Assembly: GCA_951406725.2 (NCBI GenBank)
Contig: OX597826.1
Location: 60,326,001 to 60,390,000 of the forward strand
DNA from: Octopus vulgaris
Lineage: Eukaryota
Direction: 5' to 3'
DNA length: 64,000 bases
Below, piece after piece: positions 28,606-42,247 of this stretch. Position 1 is the first letter of the stretch, and each line of letters opens with the position of its first letter. The position numbers were made by a program, and so were the translations under genes. The notes below the pieces were generated by a model. That model saw only the letters and a list, made by a program, of their open reading frames with translations, made no database searches and was not told the DNA's origin.

Positions 28606-29429
28606 TCGGAATATATTTTTAGTATAGTATGCATATATATATATATATATAAACACATACATACATTGCATACATACATGTATATGTGTGTGTGTGTCGA
28701 GCACTACCGGTTACAAATGCTGCATTCGTGTTATATAAAGAGGTAGCAATATGTATAACTCATTTTATCATAAAATCATATTTTGAAATCATATACCACT
28801 CCGATTTCCGTGAGTATTTATAAATCCAAAAAGCAAGACGTGTGACCTTTTCCTCTTTACGTTACACTGAATTATAAAGTCTGTGGCCACAAAAAAAAAA
28901 TTAATTCAAAATTAGATTTCAATAACTACAAAACAGACAATACACTTAGGATAAATGACTTGCGGAAAATAATTATACGAACAATGAATAAGATGGGTAA
29001 ACATTAAATGTTTATAGAGCGGAAAGGAATCCTACACAAGAAAGTGTATTTGTTCACATACGAGTATGAGCTTTTGTTATAACTTACCTGTTTAGAGAAA
29101 CTTAATCATTAAAGTTGGATTACATGAGTTTAGACTGGCCGAAAAGCTCAGACAAATTGTTCCATTTGAGATCATAACAATGTAGATTATTTTTGAAGAT
29201 GAGTCTCTGGAATGTAAATATAATATGTTATACTTCTTAGTGGCTTTCATCCTTCTGTAATCTACTATTTGATAGCCAAGTTTGAAATATATTTGAGTAT
29301 ACATACGCACGTACATACGTTCATACATACATGCATGCATACATGCATACATACATACATACATACATACATACATACATACATACATACATACATACAT
29401 ACATACATAAGCACATACAAAGAGAGCGC

Positions 29430-29865
29430 GGCAATTACTTTATCCAGATTGCAAGTTCAGAGTTATATTCGTAATTATTGGAGCCCTGGGATATGTAACA
29501 CACTGCCTAAATACCAATCTTGGGAAATTAGGCTTCTCAAAACAAGAAAGGAGAAAGCTAAGTCGAAGACTACAGATACAATCCATCACTAGCTCTGTAA
29601 AAAATCTGTAAAGGTTTCCAGAAGTCTATCATTTAAAAATATATGAGAATGTCCAGACATGCAACTATATGCATGAAAATACATGCATAAAGTAAAACAT
29701 ACAAATCTGCACATATACATACGAACATACATAATTACATGCAAACACACATACATATATACCTTGTTGTTGATGCTGAAGTGCCAATGAAGGAGCCTTG
29801 GATTTAGGTTAGAAAACGGGTCTTTCTGTATTGGCAAGAAATCTGGAAATAAAACTGAACAATGG
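29430..29865 (+). mobile_element. 3' end of an RLE-type LINE (ORF C-terminus plus putative 3' UTR) embedded in (CATA)n
   Basis: QLLYPDCKFRVIFVIIGALGYV...LQIQSITSSVK overlaps the LLCPDYKF end of the 7215 fragment; (CATA)n lies on both sides. Confidence 0.75.
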
Positions 29866-29903
29866 CATACATACATACATACGTGCATACGTACGTACAT
29901 ACA

Positions 29904-30292
29904 TGGAATGGAAGCACTCCGTCGGTTACGACGACGAGGGTTCCGGTTGATCCGAATCAACGGAACAGCCTGCTCGTGAAATTGACGTGTAAGTGGCTGA
30001 GCACTCCACAGACACGTGTACCCTTAACGTAGTTCTCGGGGATATTCAGCGTGACACAGAGAGTGACAAGGCCGGCCCTTTGAAACACAGGTACAACAGA
30101 AACAGGAAGTAAGAGTGAGAGAAAGTTGTGGTGAAAGAGTACAGCAGAGGTCACCACCATCCCTGCCGGAGCCTCGTGGAGTTTTAGGTGTTTTCGCTCA
30201 ATAAACACTCACAACGCCCGGTCTGGGAATCAAAACCGCGATCCTATGACCGCGAGTCCGCTGCCCTAACCACTGGGCCATTGCGCCTCCAC
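29904..30292 (-). mobile_element. tRNA-derived SINE family C, near full length
   Basis: Head GGAGGCGCAATGGCCCAGTGGTTAGGGCAGCGGACTCGCGG...GGTTTTGATTCCC has an A box and a B-box variant. Confidence 0.9.
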
Positions 30293-30339
30293 ACGTACAT
30301 ACATACATACATACATACATACATACATACATACATACA

Positions 30340-30370
<31 letters not shown>

Positions 30371-32839
30371 TTACATACACGATGGCTGCAAACTCGTGTC
30401 CGAATATTGCCATTGCCTGATCGAAAGTCCCCACACATGCGAAAGCTACGAGCAGCCAACGTTATGATAGGTCATGTTATATATATATAGTGGGGAATGT
30501 ATTTGCACACATCTAATCCCACTCTCTGTATATGGACACCATAAACCCGAAAAGGAAAACTAACCAACATCACCGAACATTATCGGTGCCACAGGTTTTC
30601 TGTCAAAGTTTCAGTCTCCTAGAGAGATGTTGTGACAACAAGAGGAAGACTTATCACTCCCAGTTGGCCAACTGCTCGCCTGGAGATCAACCCAAGTGTT
30701 TCCACGTTTCCGCTGATATATTCAAGCATACATAAACATGTAAACATATTGTTGGATGACCGTTGATTGCTCACGAGCGTTTTCGCCCTTTAACAGGTCT
30801 TAGTTTTCGTCCTGCAGTGTATCCAACAATCAGCTACCTCACACGAAGCAAGGCTGATAGGGTTGTCAGTTTAGTCGCCGACGATCCCAATCGCAGGTAT
30901 ACAAAGTTACATGTTTCCAGTAGAACCCGAGGGCGACCTGACATACTTAAATGCATAAATATATGAACACATACATACACACATACATACATACATACAT
31001 GCATACATACATGAAAACTAACCTGGCATACATACGTACGTGCATACATATATACATATTTGCAAACATACGTGTCTATATATGTGTCTGTGTGCATGCG
31101 AGTGTTTCTGTTTGTGTGTGTGTGTGTGCATGTATGAGTAGATGTGCACGTGTGTTCGTAGTTTGTAAACATGCATGTGTTTATTAAGTGAATCTGAAAT
31201 TTCGCGACTTCAAATGTTCCGTTGCCAAATTTTCGAATATTAAAAGAACACAACATAAACTAGACAAAACCGACATCTACATCCCGTGACAATAGAGCTA
31301 TAACTGCCCCACATGCAACACACCCTCACAGTGCCAAAAGAGTAGAGGAAAGGAACATAAAATTAAGTTGCCAACTAGAAATTACGGGCATTACGCTTTC
31401 ATTGGTCAGTTAAAGTTGAGACAGTATCACATGATAACTTGCTGGGGCTTTCTGCTGGAGCCTAGAAGCAGGTATTAAAAGGAAAAAAATTGACAAGACA
31501 GACAGTCGCCCGCTGACACTCGTTGACGCAACATCGAAGAGGCCAGGGAGCAGAACAAATAAAAAGAAAGGAGACATGCACTCAACACCAGAGCTGAAAA
31601 CACTTCCGAAAGAGGGGGCCGCGCCACGTCAAAAATGTAGAGGAATAGGGGCCGAAACCGGACGTGGGTCCTCCTGATGATGTCTTGAGCTCACTGGATC
31701 CTATAAAGGAGCTGTTGTGGTTGCAGACCCCGAAATACGGTTGAAATTCCTGGGGTGACAACACACCGCATCTGACTAACAAAGCCTTAACACCAGTATG
31801 TGCAACATAAAGTAAGCTCATAGTACACAGTGTTGATAGAAAACTGGCATGAATAATAATCTGTTGCCATCCGCTAGTTTATAACGAGATAGACGTTTAG
31901 GTTTGTGCTGACTATTCCGCCAGATATATGTTTAGTCACACCCTGCCGATCACCAGATGGATTGCAGCTGTGATTCCAAGGTTAATTGTTGTTGCTGCAG
32001 GTGTGAACTTTTTGCAAATAGCTTTATTAATGGGTCGGGGTTTTACATAGCTATTATCCATTAAACATACTTTGGAACAGCTTAGTTTTGACGATTCTAA
32101 CCGCGCTCCATTGGATTATTAGATTATCTAAGATGAAAATCACAGATATAGTACTAAACCTATTACCATGTCTCTGAGCAAATAATGTCACAGCAATATT
32201 TGCATAGCAATATACAATAATCTTACACATAAGCACATACTATTATTATAATATAACACTCGTATATACTGACATACCAAAAATCACCCACGAATACACA
32301 CATACGCACTTACACATACGCCATAAGTGATCTCATCGGTAAATGTGGTTTTTACTAAGAAAAAAAATGGAAGCAGAAGCATTTACAAGTCAGCAGCACT
32401 TGCATAAACCTTTGAACATAATCACTTACAAACCCGGACAGATACATTGTCATAAACAAACCTACACACACACATATGTAAATATTTATATATATCATAA
32501 GAAGGAAAATGCACATAGTTTACATAGTTTAAAAAATGTTTGTTTATATTTTTTTATAGCTGAAAGATTATTGCGTTTGTCGGTCAGTTTCGTTTTCGCT
32601 ATTCATGACATTGAAATTATTGTAATTTTGCATTTTCTTAAGATTTTAGCCCATGTTGAGTATGGGAGTTTCTGTATGAAATGAATCAGCAAGTTGGAAA
32701 ATCTAAGGGGAGATAATTGCTGATCATTATTATTCGTGACAGTGGAGCTAAGTTGCTCATATTTTTTTGTGGGGCGGGGGATAAATAGATATACAAATCT
32801 CAAGTGCTAAAGTAGTAAAAAGTAGTAGATAAATAAATC

Positions 32840-33775
32840 ATGCCACGCACGAAAGAAGCATTGGGACTGTCCGAATTTCAAAGAGGCCGTATTGTGGGCC
32901 AATCTGAAGTAAAATTGCAGAAAACTTTCGGAATCCCACTTTCTATAGTTAATACAGTGATTGCGCAATTCACCAGAGAGAGTCCACAACACCTCACCAA
33001 GGTCGACCAGTGTCCACAGCACCTCTCTCAGATCGACCAGGGCCCACTGACAGGACTTCTGCTCTATTAAAAGAAGTGTGAAGGATAATGCTGGCTGCAA
33101 GGATTCTGATACAGTAGAACAAGTTGATGTCAGTCCCAAAACCGCTGCCAGATATCTCCACAAACCTGGCTACTATGGCAGAGCAGCAAGAAGGAAACCA
33201 CTTTTTTGACAAGCCAATAACAAACGGAGAAATGTTCGGGCCAGTGAGATGACAGAGAGGCCATCTGACATATTCTCTGATGAGTCAAGATTTGCTGTTT
33301 TTTCTGACAGTGGTCGAGTGTAGGTCTGGAGACTTTGTGATCAAGAATTCCACGTGAGTAGATTGTAGTCAACAATGAAGCACAGTGGCTATTCTGTGAT
33401 CTTGGCAACATTTTGGAGCAATGTTCGATTTGAACTGGTGGCGTGTGAGGGAAGCATAAACTCAGATAAATATGTGTCCATACTCCAGAAAAAACCTCCT
33501 TCCAGTCTTCTCCAGTGAGAATATGATTAAAGAAGACTCTTTGTTTATGGAAGATATGGCTCAGTGTCACACAGATAAAAAGACCCCAAATTGGCTGGAA
33601 GACAATGGCATTAAAAAGCATATATGGCCGATCCAATCACCAGATATGAACTTTATTGAACACCGTCAGGGCATAACATACAGCACACTTCGTAACAAAG
33701 AACAAGAAAGCAACCTCAAAGCCAGATCTTTTTAGATTACTTTATGAAACTTGACAAAATATGAGCACGGAAGAC
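32840..33775 (+). pseudogene. Tc1-type transposase remnant, same family as 2459
   Basis: MPRTKEALGLSEFQRGRIVG, FSDESRF, FMEDMAQCH and WPIQSPDMNFIEH motifs; frameshifted. Confidence 0.9.
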
Positions 33776-34630
33776 GATACATTCGACTAAAAACCCTTCA
33801 AAGTGGTGCCAAAGCAAGACCGCAGTGAAATCACTGAAAGAATTAAAAAATAAAGGATAAAAGATGGACGCGTAAATGAATTCACAATTGTGTCGCTCTA
33901 GTTTTAAGAATGATTAACTGTTGAACTTACATTAAAAACATTCGCGCTGATTGCTTGGTGAAGACTCAAACATTGTATTTCACCTTAGTTAATTAGACAG
34001 TTATATATGTATCCAACACGCATAGGCTTTTGAATTGTAGCCAGTGGTTGCATACATCCATAAAGGGAACGTGATTTTAGACACATATCTATCGAATGCA
34101 AAGAAAACTACTGAACAAATATTGCGAAAACGGTGAAATGATTTATGGCTTGTACACATAATTACACACTGTGATAGAAACACATACTCATAACCCAAAG
34201 CACTCACAAGCACGCTCATACAAAAACTCATATATATTTACAGGAAAACACACGCGTGCGCGCGCGCATGACCATTTATTTTTCAATAAGAAAGCAACAG
34301 TAAGATAAAGAATAATAAGGAAAATGGATATATTATGGTAGGTGTAGAAATAGATATTTACACGTCGGTTGATGTTTCCGGGCATTTAGAACTGTCATCC
34401 TTCTCTTGCAAATCGTAGGTGTTCACTGATGCACACACACACACACACACACACACCACAAACACACGCGCGCGCGCTCATGCACATGCCCACACATATG
34501 CACATATGTGATTGTATATTGGTATACCTATAGATATGTAAAACTATAAAATGACGTTTTATGTATAAGTGCACACGTCGTTATTGTTTTGAATATATAC
34601 ATACGTAAACACAAAAGATTATCATCATCA

Positions 34631-34695
<65 letters not shown>

Positions 34696-34852
34696 AATAT
34701 ATATGTATGTATACGTGTTTGTGCATCAATATATATATCTATATCTATCTATATATATATATATATACAAGCGAAATCAGTACATATACATACATTCACA
34801 CATATTTATGTATATAGTTCTGTGTATGTAGATATACATATATACATATATG

Positions 34853-34901
<49 letters not shown>

Positions 34902-34930
34902 GTAGGTGTGTATATATCTGTATTTATATA

Positions 34931-35013
<83 letters not shown>

Positions 35014-36540
35014 CAGATAGATAGATACATAGATAGATATTGATATAGATATAACTGTAGATATATACAGCCACGCATACTCCCGCACACATAACCTCAT
35101 TGTGATAACATTAATGGTGAATTATTAAAGAGAAGACGCATCTGAAAGACGAAAGAAAAAACTTTGTATGACGCTCAGATTCACGATGAATAAAAGCAAC
35201 GTTCTTTACAAAAACCACACAAATTTCACTTTCTGCAACTTCATAATTCATAACACAGCAAGACACCTCCAAAATGTTATATTCTATCTCATCCAGCCAT
35301 CTCAATACTTGAATACAACACCACGAGAGAAGTTGAACACAAATAATATCAGCAACAAACAGTTCCAACAAGAAACAAAACATATAACTATACACGTGTC
35401 ATCTGCTAAGCAACGTACTAGCGACTATGCTACTATCATTTGTTTTAATTATGGATTTCATATCAATTCCAGTTTAGCTATAAATGAAAACTGACACATT
35501 TTGTCTTTGCAACACTGCGAAGTACTGGTTCATGCTTTACTCTCAAACTATATTTTACCAATCTGCAACTCATTTGTAATATGTTGCCGTGTTAGACGGG
35601 GTGACAGAGCTGCTTTCGTAATGTATTTAATAACCACAACGTTTAATCGGACCAGAGAGAAGTGCTACAATATATTTCGGCAGATCGTATCGTATACGTA
35701 GCTAATGGAGTCATGCCTCTCTATCTAAATGTTATTTGGCTTGCCCAAAGTTCTTTACTTTTCCTCTTTCATTCTCTCATTCATTCTCTCTCTCTTTCGC
35801 TCCGTCTATGTCTTTCTCTCATTTCTCTCTCGCTCTCACTCTTTATTCCACTCTCTACAAAATATATTTATACACAGATTTTTCGTAATTTCGTTCTTTT
35901 AGTGGTTGAACTGGGGTCATACTGGAGCACTACCTGCTAGGTTTATTCAAACAAATCCACTTCAGTATTTATCTTAGATCTTCTCTTTATCCTATCCGTC
36001 TCAGTTTGCCGAATGGCTACGTCATGGCTTTGTATACAACCTATATTGGCTATCACACGGAAATATTGATTGGCAGGGATCGATTTAAAAATCGATTTGT
36101 ATCTAAATGTAGTGCGCCACAATCGACACGATAATACACGTCAGCAGCAAAACATACGATTTCACAATGGAGGGAAGTTCAGTGGTTGTTTCGCAATCCT
36201 AAAATCCAAGAGTATTCACATCAGAGTAGAAGATTCACCGTGGAGTAATGTAATAATGAAAACAAAATCAGAACAATGTTTAACCGGAAGACTTTATTAT
36301 GACGTAACATCATATATTCAGTTATATAAGGCATACTGCATTCATGAGACGAAGTAATGCAACACAACGTAACAAATATTGACTTGCTCATGAGGGCTTC
36401 ATGATTTGGAGGGTATTATATTGTAATGTGTTGGATAATCTTTTGGATATTGTATGCCTTCTACAACTGAATGAATGATCTAACGTCATAATAAAATCTC
36501 CTAATGCAATATTGTAGCGAGTTCATACAATCTGATATAA

Positions 36541-36610
<70 letters not shown>

Positions 36611-36658
36611 GTAGTAATAATAATAATGATAATAATGATAATAATAATAATAATAAAA

Positions 36659-36870
36659 GGCGGCGGGCTGGCAGTATTTTTAGCACGCTGGACGAAATGC
36701 TAAGCAGTATTTCGCCCGTCGCTACGTTTTGAGTTCAAATTCCGGCGAGATCGATTTTAACTTTCATCCGTTCGGGGTCGATAAGTTAATTACCAGTTCA
36801 TCACTGGGGTTGATGTAATCGACACATTCCTTCCCCAAAAATTGTTGCCCTTGTGGCAAAATTTGAAACT
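36659..36870 (+). mobile_element. SINE family A monomer
   Basis: GGCGGCGGGCTGGCAG head, B box and core; adjacent to (TAA)n. Confidence 0.85.
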
Positions 36871-39800
36871 GTTATTATCCCACAGGGGAGGTGGTCTCCA
36901 TTTATCCATAAATGATCATTAAATATAGGACTATAGTAAAACGTGTCTATAATAGGTTATTAAAACATATATTTCTAGAATAGATTTGAAATGTCGGGAG
37001 ATACATCTGTCATACGTGTAATTTATATCGGAGACTGTGTTTCGAAGCTGATGAGATTTCTTCATGGAAAAGCAAATTCAGCTATCTAAAAGCACACAAA
37101 ATCTGTTACACTTAATTTCCATTCATGTCTTTCACGTGTCAAAATTATCAATAATTATGTTTGCGACAAGGTCCCAACAGTCCGAACAGTTTGTTAGGTG
37201 GTTTTGAATGATTAAATTGGTACCGGTACTTTTTAAAGACGTAATTGATGGGAGTTTTAATTAATAAAAAAAATATGTATCTATGTGCGTGTGTGTGAAT
37301 GAGTGAGAATGCGAATATGGGTGCGTGTGTGTGTTAGCACTTATGTTTACAGATAGATGACAAAATGAATACACCCCAAAAAATAGATTAGATAGAGATA
37401 GATACGGAGCTAGAGAGAAACAGGGTGGACTGAAATTGGGTGAAAGATTCAGAATCATCTATAAGCAGACATGTCACATGACCATAGGTTTCCTTCAGAG
37501 AAAAGTAGATTATATTCGGGAGTACTTCGATACTAAAATTATATAAATCCTTCATGAGGTTTAAAAGGCGTATTCAACTCCTTTAACACCCCCAAATTGC
37601 ACGTCCGCACATTGTTCTCCCGAGAATTATATGTACCGTCTCCAGTTTCAAAATAGTGATCTTAATCCTCGGCCAACGATACATGAAGCTCAGCTAGCTA
37701 CCTCGGGGATTATATAAAGGAAATTTAGTAATGCCTTCGGATAATTCAGCCTACAAAGCGATAAATCACTTCATAGACACCCGATAAAAAAAAATTCATT
37801 CAGAATAGAAAGAACAAAATAAGATAGTGTACACCTCGTCTTTTTGACACGGATGCTTAAGCATGATTAGGATGGTAAACCCTTCCATAAAGACCCACAG
37901 TTTGAATTGGTTGTTCAGGAAATAACTTCAAACTCCAACTCCTTACAAATCTTTAGCAATATCATGCATAGATGTAGTTCATTGTATCTGAGTATCAATA
38001 TGAAGTGAAAGGACGAAGTATAGATCCCTTCATATGGTAGCGTAAGATGCCTCCAGAAAGTCAAAATTGACTACGTCGATAATCATGATGACGGAACATC
38101 TTATTAATGAAATCCTATTTCAACTGCGATGGCACCATCAAAGCCACTCGCTGTTTTGTTGCTCCATTAAAATATACATTGTTAGGGAGCTTCAACGTGG
38201 TCGTGTGATCTGCTAGAAACGTCAGCTAAATAACATCAAAGCTACAACCTCGTGTTATACAAACGAAACAGACGTTAGTCAGTACAATCCTAGGTTTGGA
38301 TGAAGAGAAATATATCATTTATAAAAAAAGGGGGGAACTTGTCATAGTTTTGGATCATAATTGTAATTGATTGCGATTCGGGTTAAACAACAACACGACA
38401 AAAACGAAGCATTGAGCTAGGAAAACGGATTTTAAAGAAACAAAATAAATATCTTTGCATGAAGTAAATATTCGGTGAGAGGTATGGGAAATTTTGCATC
38501 ACAGCAAAATTCTATATATGACGACCCTACGCACATGGACCGAGAAATCTAAACTAAAATTCCCCATCAAGCTGTGCAGCTCACATAGATTGTTGTAATA
38601 CCAGCTTACTTTCACCCTCTTCACTTTCCACATATGAACACAGTATCTGAGTGACGTTAGTTGTGTGGAAGAAGCTGCTTATGGATTAAAACTTCCAGTA
38701 TTACACATAGATATTGTATACAAACTTACACAACATATATATGCATGTGAGGGAAGCGGTGTGGTTGACTGCGCGCCTATGTGTATGTACGTATCTACGT
38801 ACGTATGTATGTATGTTTGTATGTATGTTTGTATGTATGTATGTGTACGTGTGTATGTTCGTGTAGACAGACATATTCTTTTATAGTTTTTTCATCAGCT
38901 TAAATAATAGAAAAAATAATTAGACGAGCATGGAGACAAGAAAAAGCGACAGTCGAAAAACGACATTTAATCTTATAAATCTGGATGTCTTTATTGGACT
39001 TTTTATAATCGTCTTTCATATTTTTTCTTTACTATAAAAAGTAAATATAGAGGATTAGTTTTGTAAAAATCAAAGTTAGACACAAGAAAGTGTAAGTAAT
39101 AATGTTCAAAATTATGCTTTCATTTTAGCATAAAGAAAATTGCATCAATGCTGCAGACTATGTATGCAAAACCTGTACTTTGCGTCTGTTTTGTTTAAAT
39201 GTGAGTATGGAAGTCACTGCAGTTACACATGATATCAGCGAACTCATACGATAATTTACACGCAATATCAATCTCTATGTAAATATAATGCATCTATGGC
39301 ATATTAAACAGTATAATATCGTATGTAACCACACATTTCATCTAGCATAAATGGAAACACACGATGAACCACTTACCGGAACGACAGTTGTACAATGATA
39401 TATCGACTCTTCTCTCAACTAAAGCAATTTTTAGATTCTACTAGAATATAAAAGAATCGTATTCAGGATGTTTGTCTTAGAACCATATAGAGTGCAGGCC
39501 TCTGTCTTGTTTTTATTGAGAATGATTCATGTGCATAATATCCAACGGGCATAAGCCACATGGTTTAGGTCAAGATAAAAACAATCAAAGGTCAATAGTG
39601 AGTTTCCCATATTCTACGGCGCACATATTTCAGTGGGACGCCTGTTTTACATATGAAGATTAAGAAGATAAAAAATGCACCAAATATCTCAAACGTCAAA
39701 TGCCAATGACAAACATATACCCACCAACAAACGGGAACAAATAGAATTCGATATTACAACTTATTAGCACTCAGTCCAAGTTTTTGTAGGTGTATACCAT

Positions 39801-40168
39801 GATTCGCCATGAAACAGAACTGAGCGTCGATATTCCCTTTCTCTCGTATCTTTCATCTCTTTCGCTCTCTATGTATCTCTTTCTCCACTTCCATCCCTAC
39901 TCCATCTTATCTCTCTGTTTCTATTTTTATCCACCTACAGAGCTGTATATGTGCCCATACGCACACATCACATACGCACATGGATGTGTGTGCGTTTGTT
40001 TGTGTGTACATATACACAGCACATGATATCGCTTGATCATTATCTCGGATCCTCCCACACTGAGGTCAAGATGCTCCATGTTGGTTATGTTTGTAAGAAT
40101 CTATGCAAATATTGTTGCATAAGCCGCGACAATTATTGAACAACCAACACGGTGTGTTCTAATCATAA

Positions 40169-40397
40169 GGCGACGAGCTGGCAGAAACGTTAGCACGCTG
40201 GGCGAAATGCGTAGCCGTATTTTGTCTGCCGTTTCGTTCTGAGTTCAAATTCTGCCGGGGTCGACTTTGCTTTCATCCTCTCGGGATCGATAAATTAAGA
40301 ACCAGTTACGCACTGGGGTCGATATAATCGACTTAATCCCTTTGTCTGTCCTTGTTTGTCCCCTCTATGTTTAGCCCCTTGTGGGCAATAAAGAAAT
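40169..40397 (+). mobile_element. SINE family A monomer with TSD-like flanks
   Basis: Full head and core; TGTGTTCT(A/C)ATC on both sides. Confidence 0.9.
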
Positions 40398-41051
40398 GTG
40401 TTCTCATCTCCAGTTCATAGATTCGTCATGAATTTCAGATTCTATAACAAACATAATTGTAGTAAGACAACTACCTCTGTATCGCTATCTAATATATTAT
40501 TTTCACTTATATATAGTTCAGGTTAGGTATAAACTCAATTAAATTAGAATATTTATCATATAATATTTCATTTTCATATTCTTTATTCATCTGTCTTAAT
40601 TCATCTTTCTACCCTTCGACTAGCTTATCATTTATGGAATAAGTATCAGAATTAAGTACCAGTTTTATATATAATTTATATACTTAACCAGTTTTTGTTT
40701 TATTCAACCTATTCATTTGGTTTACTTCATTCTATCATTAATTGCTGTATTTAGTTTATTCGATATTACTTATATGTAATTCACCCTATCCGAATCTAGT
40801 GGTAACATTTATTTTATTTAGTTTATTATTTATTCCCAATGATTATGCACTGTCAATAATGTTTAGTACTTTCAATATCCTATAGCTAACACCATTATAA
40901 CCGGCTGATACTTAACTTTTCCCTCACTACCTGCCATTCCAGATTCACTGTGCTAAAATGCTGTTGTCTGAAGATTTCGTTTATCTTGTTTACAACCCTC
41001 TAACACTACCTCCATTCCCCTTCTGTTCACTGATAAAATGCAGCACGGGTT

Positions 41052-41102
41052 TTTGTCAGTGAACAGGTCGCGGTCTTATAGCGACGAAAATATTTTGACA
41101 AA
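41052..41102 (+). ncRNA. Variant hammerhead motif with G3-C8 core (GUGAACA)
   Basis: TTTGTCA-GTGAACA-G-GTCGC(GGTCTTATA)GCGAC-GAA-AATATT-T-TGACAAA: 7-bp stem I, 5-bp stem II, palindromic stem III. Confidence 0.75.
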
Positions 41103-41300
41103 TTAAACTTAAATGTTGAAGTGGATCGAACGGCTTTTGTGTGTTTCTTAAATGGCTTACAAACACCTTCCACGCTACAATTGTTTATATATATATATAT
41201 ATACATATTTATTCATGCGTTCATATGTGTATGCGTATATGTATATTTGTATGTGTGTGTATATATATATAATATATATTATCATTATTTATATTTGTAA

Positions 41301-41500
41301 GGCGGAGAGCTGGCAGAAACGTTAGTACGCCAGGCAAAATGCTTACCGGTATTTCGTCTGTCTTTGCCTTCTGAGTTCAAATTCCGCCGAGGTCGACTTT
41401 GTTTTCGGGGTCGATAAATTAAGTACTAGTTGCATACAGTGATCGATTGGCCAATCGATTGGCCTCCTCCCTAAAAATGTAAGCCCTAGAGTTGAAAAGA
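41301..41500 (+). mobile_element. SINE family A monomer
   Basis: Head, B box and internally deleted core; ATTATTTATATTTGT repeated on both flanks. Confidence 0.85.
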
Positions 41501-42111
41501 TTATTATTATTTATATTTGTGTGTATTTCTATACCTACTTCTTAAGTTATATCCGACCTCATTGCACCGTTTAATCTCTTTCGACTAACATGCATTACAA
41601 CCCTATCTTTCTTTGACATTGTCCTGAACTCTTTGCATGCCTTCCACTCGTAATCTACCTCAATTTCTCTTCGAAGATGCAACTGATAACTGATAGAATC
41701 ATTAACCACGAAAATTACTTGACTTCCACAATGGAAATGTTAACGGTTATTATCTTCTGTCGATATTTCCTTAATTCTACGATCATTGAACTGCGAACCA
41801 CTGTAATCTTTTACCTTGCATGCTTCTTCACGGAAGTGATTACTCCTAATATTCATGATTAAAGATATGCTATAGTTTTCTCTCTCTTTCTTTCTTTCTC
41901 TCTCTCTCTCTCTCTCTCTCCCTCTCTTTCTCTCTCTGAGAAATGAATAGTTGCGCTACGTTGAAATCTTTACTGAATGACATATGCCCCACATGCACGG
42001 CTATTCTAGAAACAGATGTAAGAGATTTTTGCGCATTATTTCTGAATCCCTTATTTACTATAAATACATTATTTTTGGAACCACAAATTTTGCTTGTTCA
42101 TACACTATTGA

Positions 42112-42149
<38 letters not shown>

Positions 42150-42165
42150 AGTGTGTATATATGTA

Positions 42166-42193
42166 TATAAGACCAAAGTGCGTACGGGCGCCG

Positions 42194-42247
<54 letters not shown>

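Noticed and set aside
30210-30292. tRNA gene
   Set aside because: tRNA-like head fused to a repeated body with a mutated B box; it is a SINE.
31645-31745. GAAA-CC...GG-TC-CTC-CTGATGA hammerhead-like string
   Set aside because: Only 3 nt are available for stem I and stem II pairing is poor.
33275-33300. CTGATGA hammerhead box
   Set aside because: It is the FSDESRF codons of the Tc1 transposase; no stems.
37040-37090. CTGATGA...GAAA
   Set aside because: No credible stem I, II or III.
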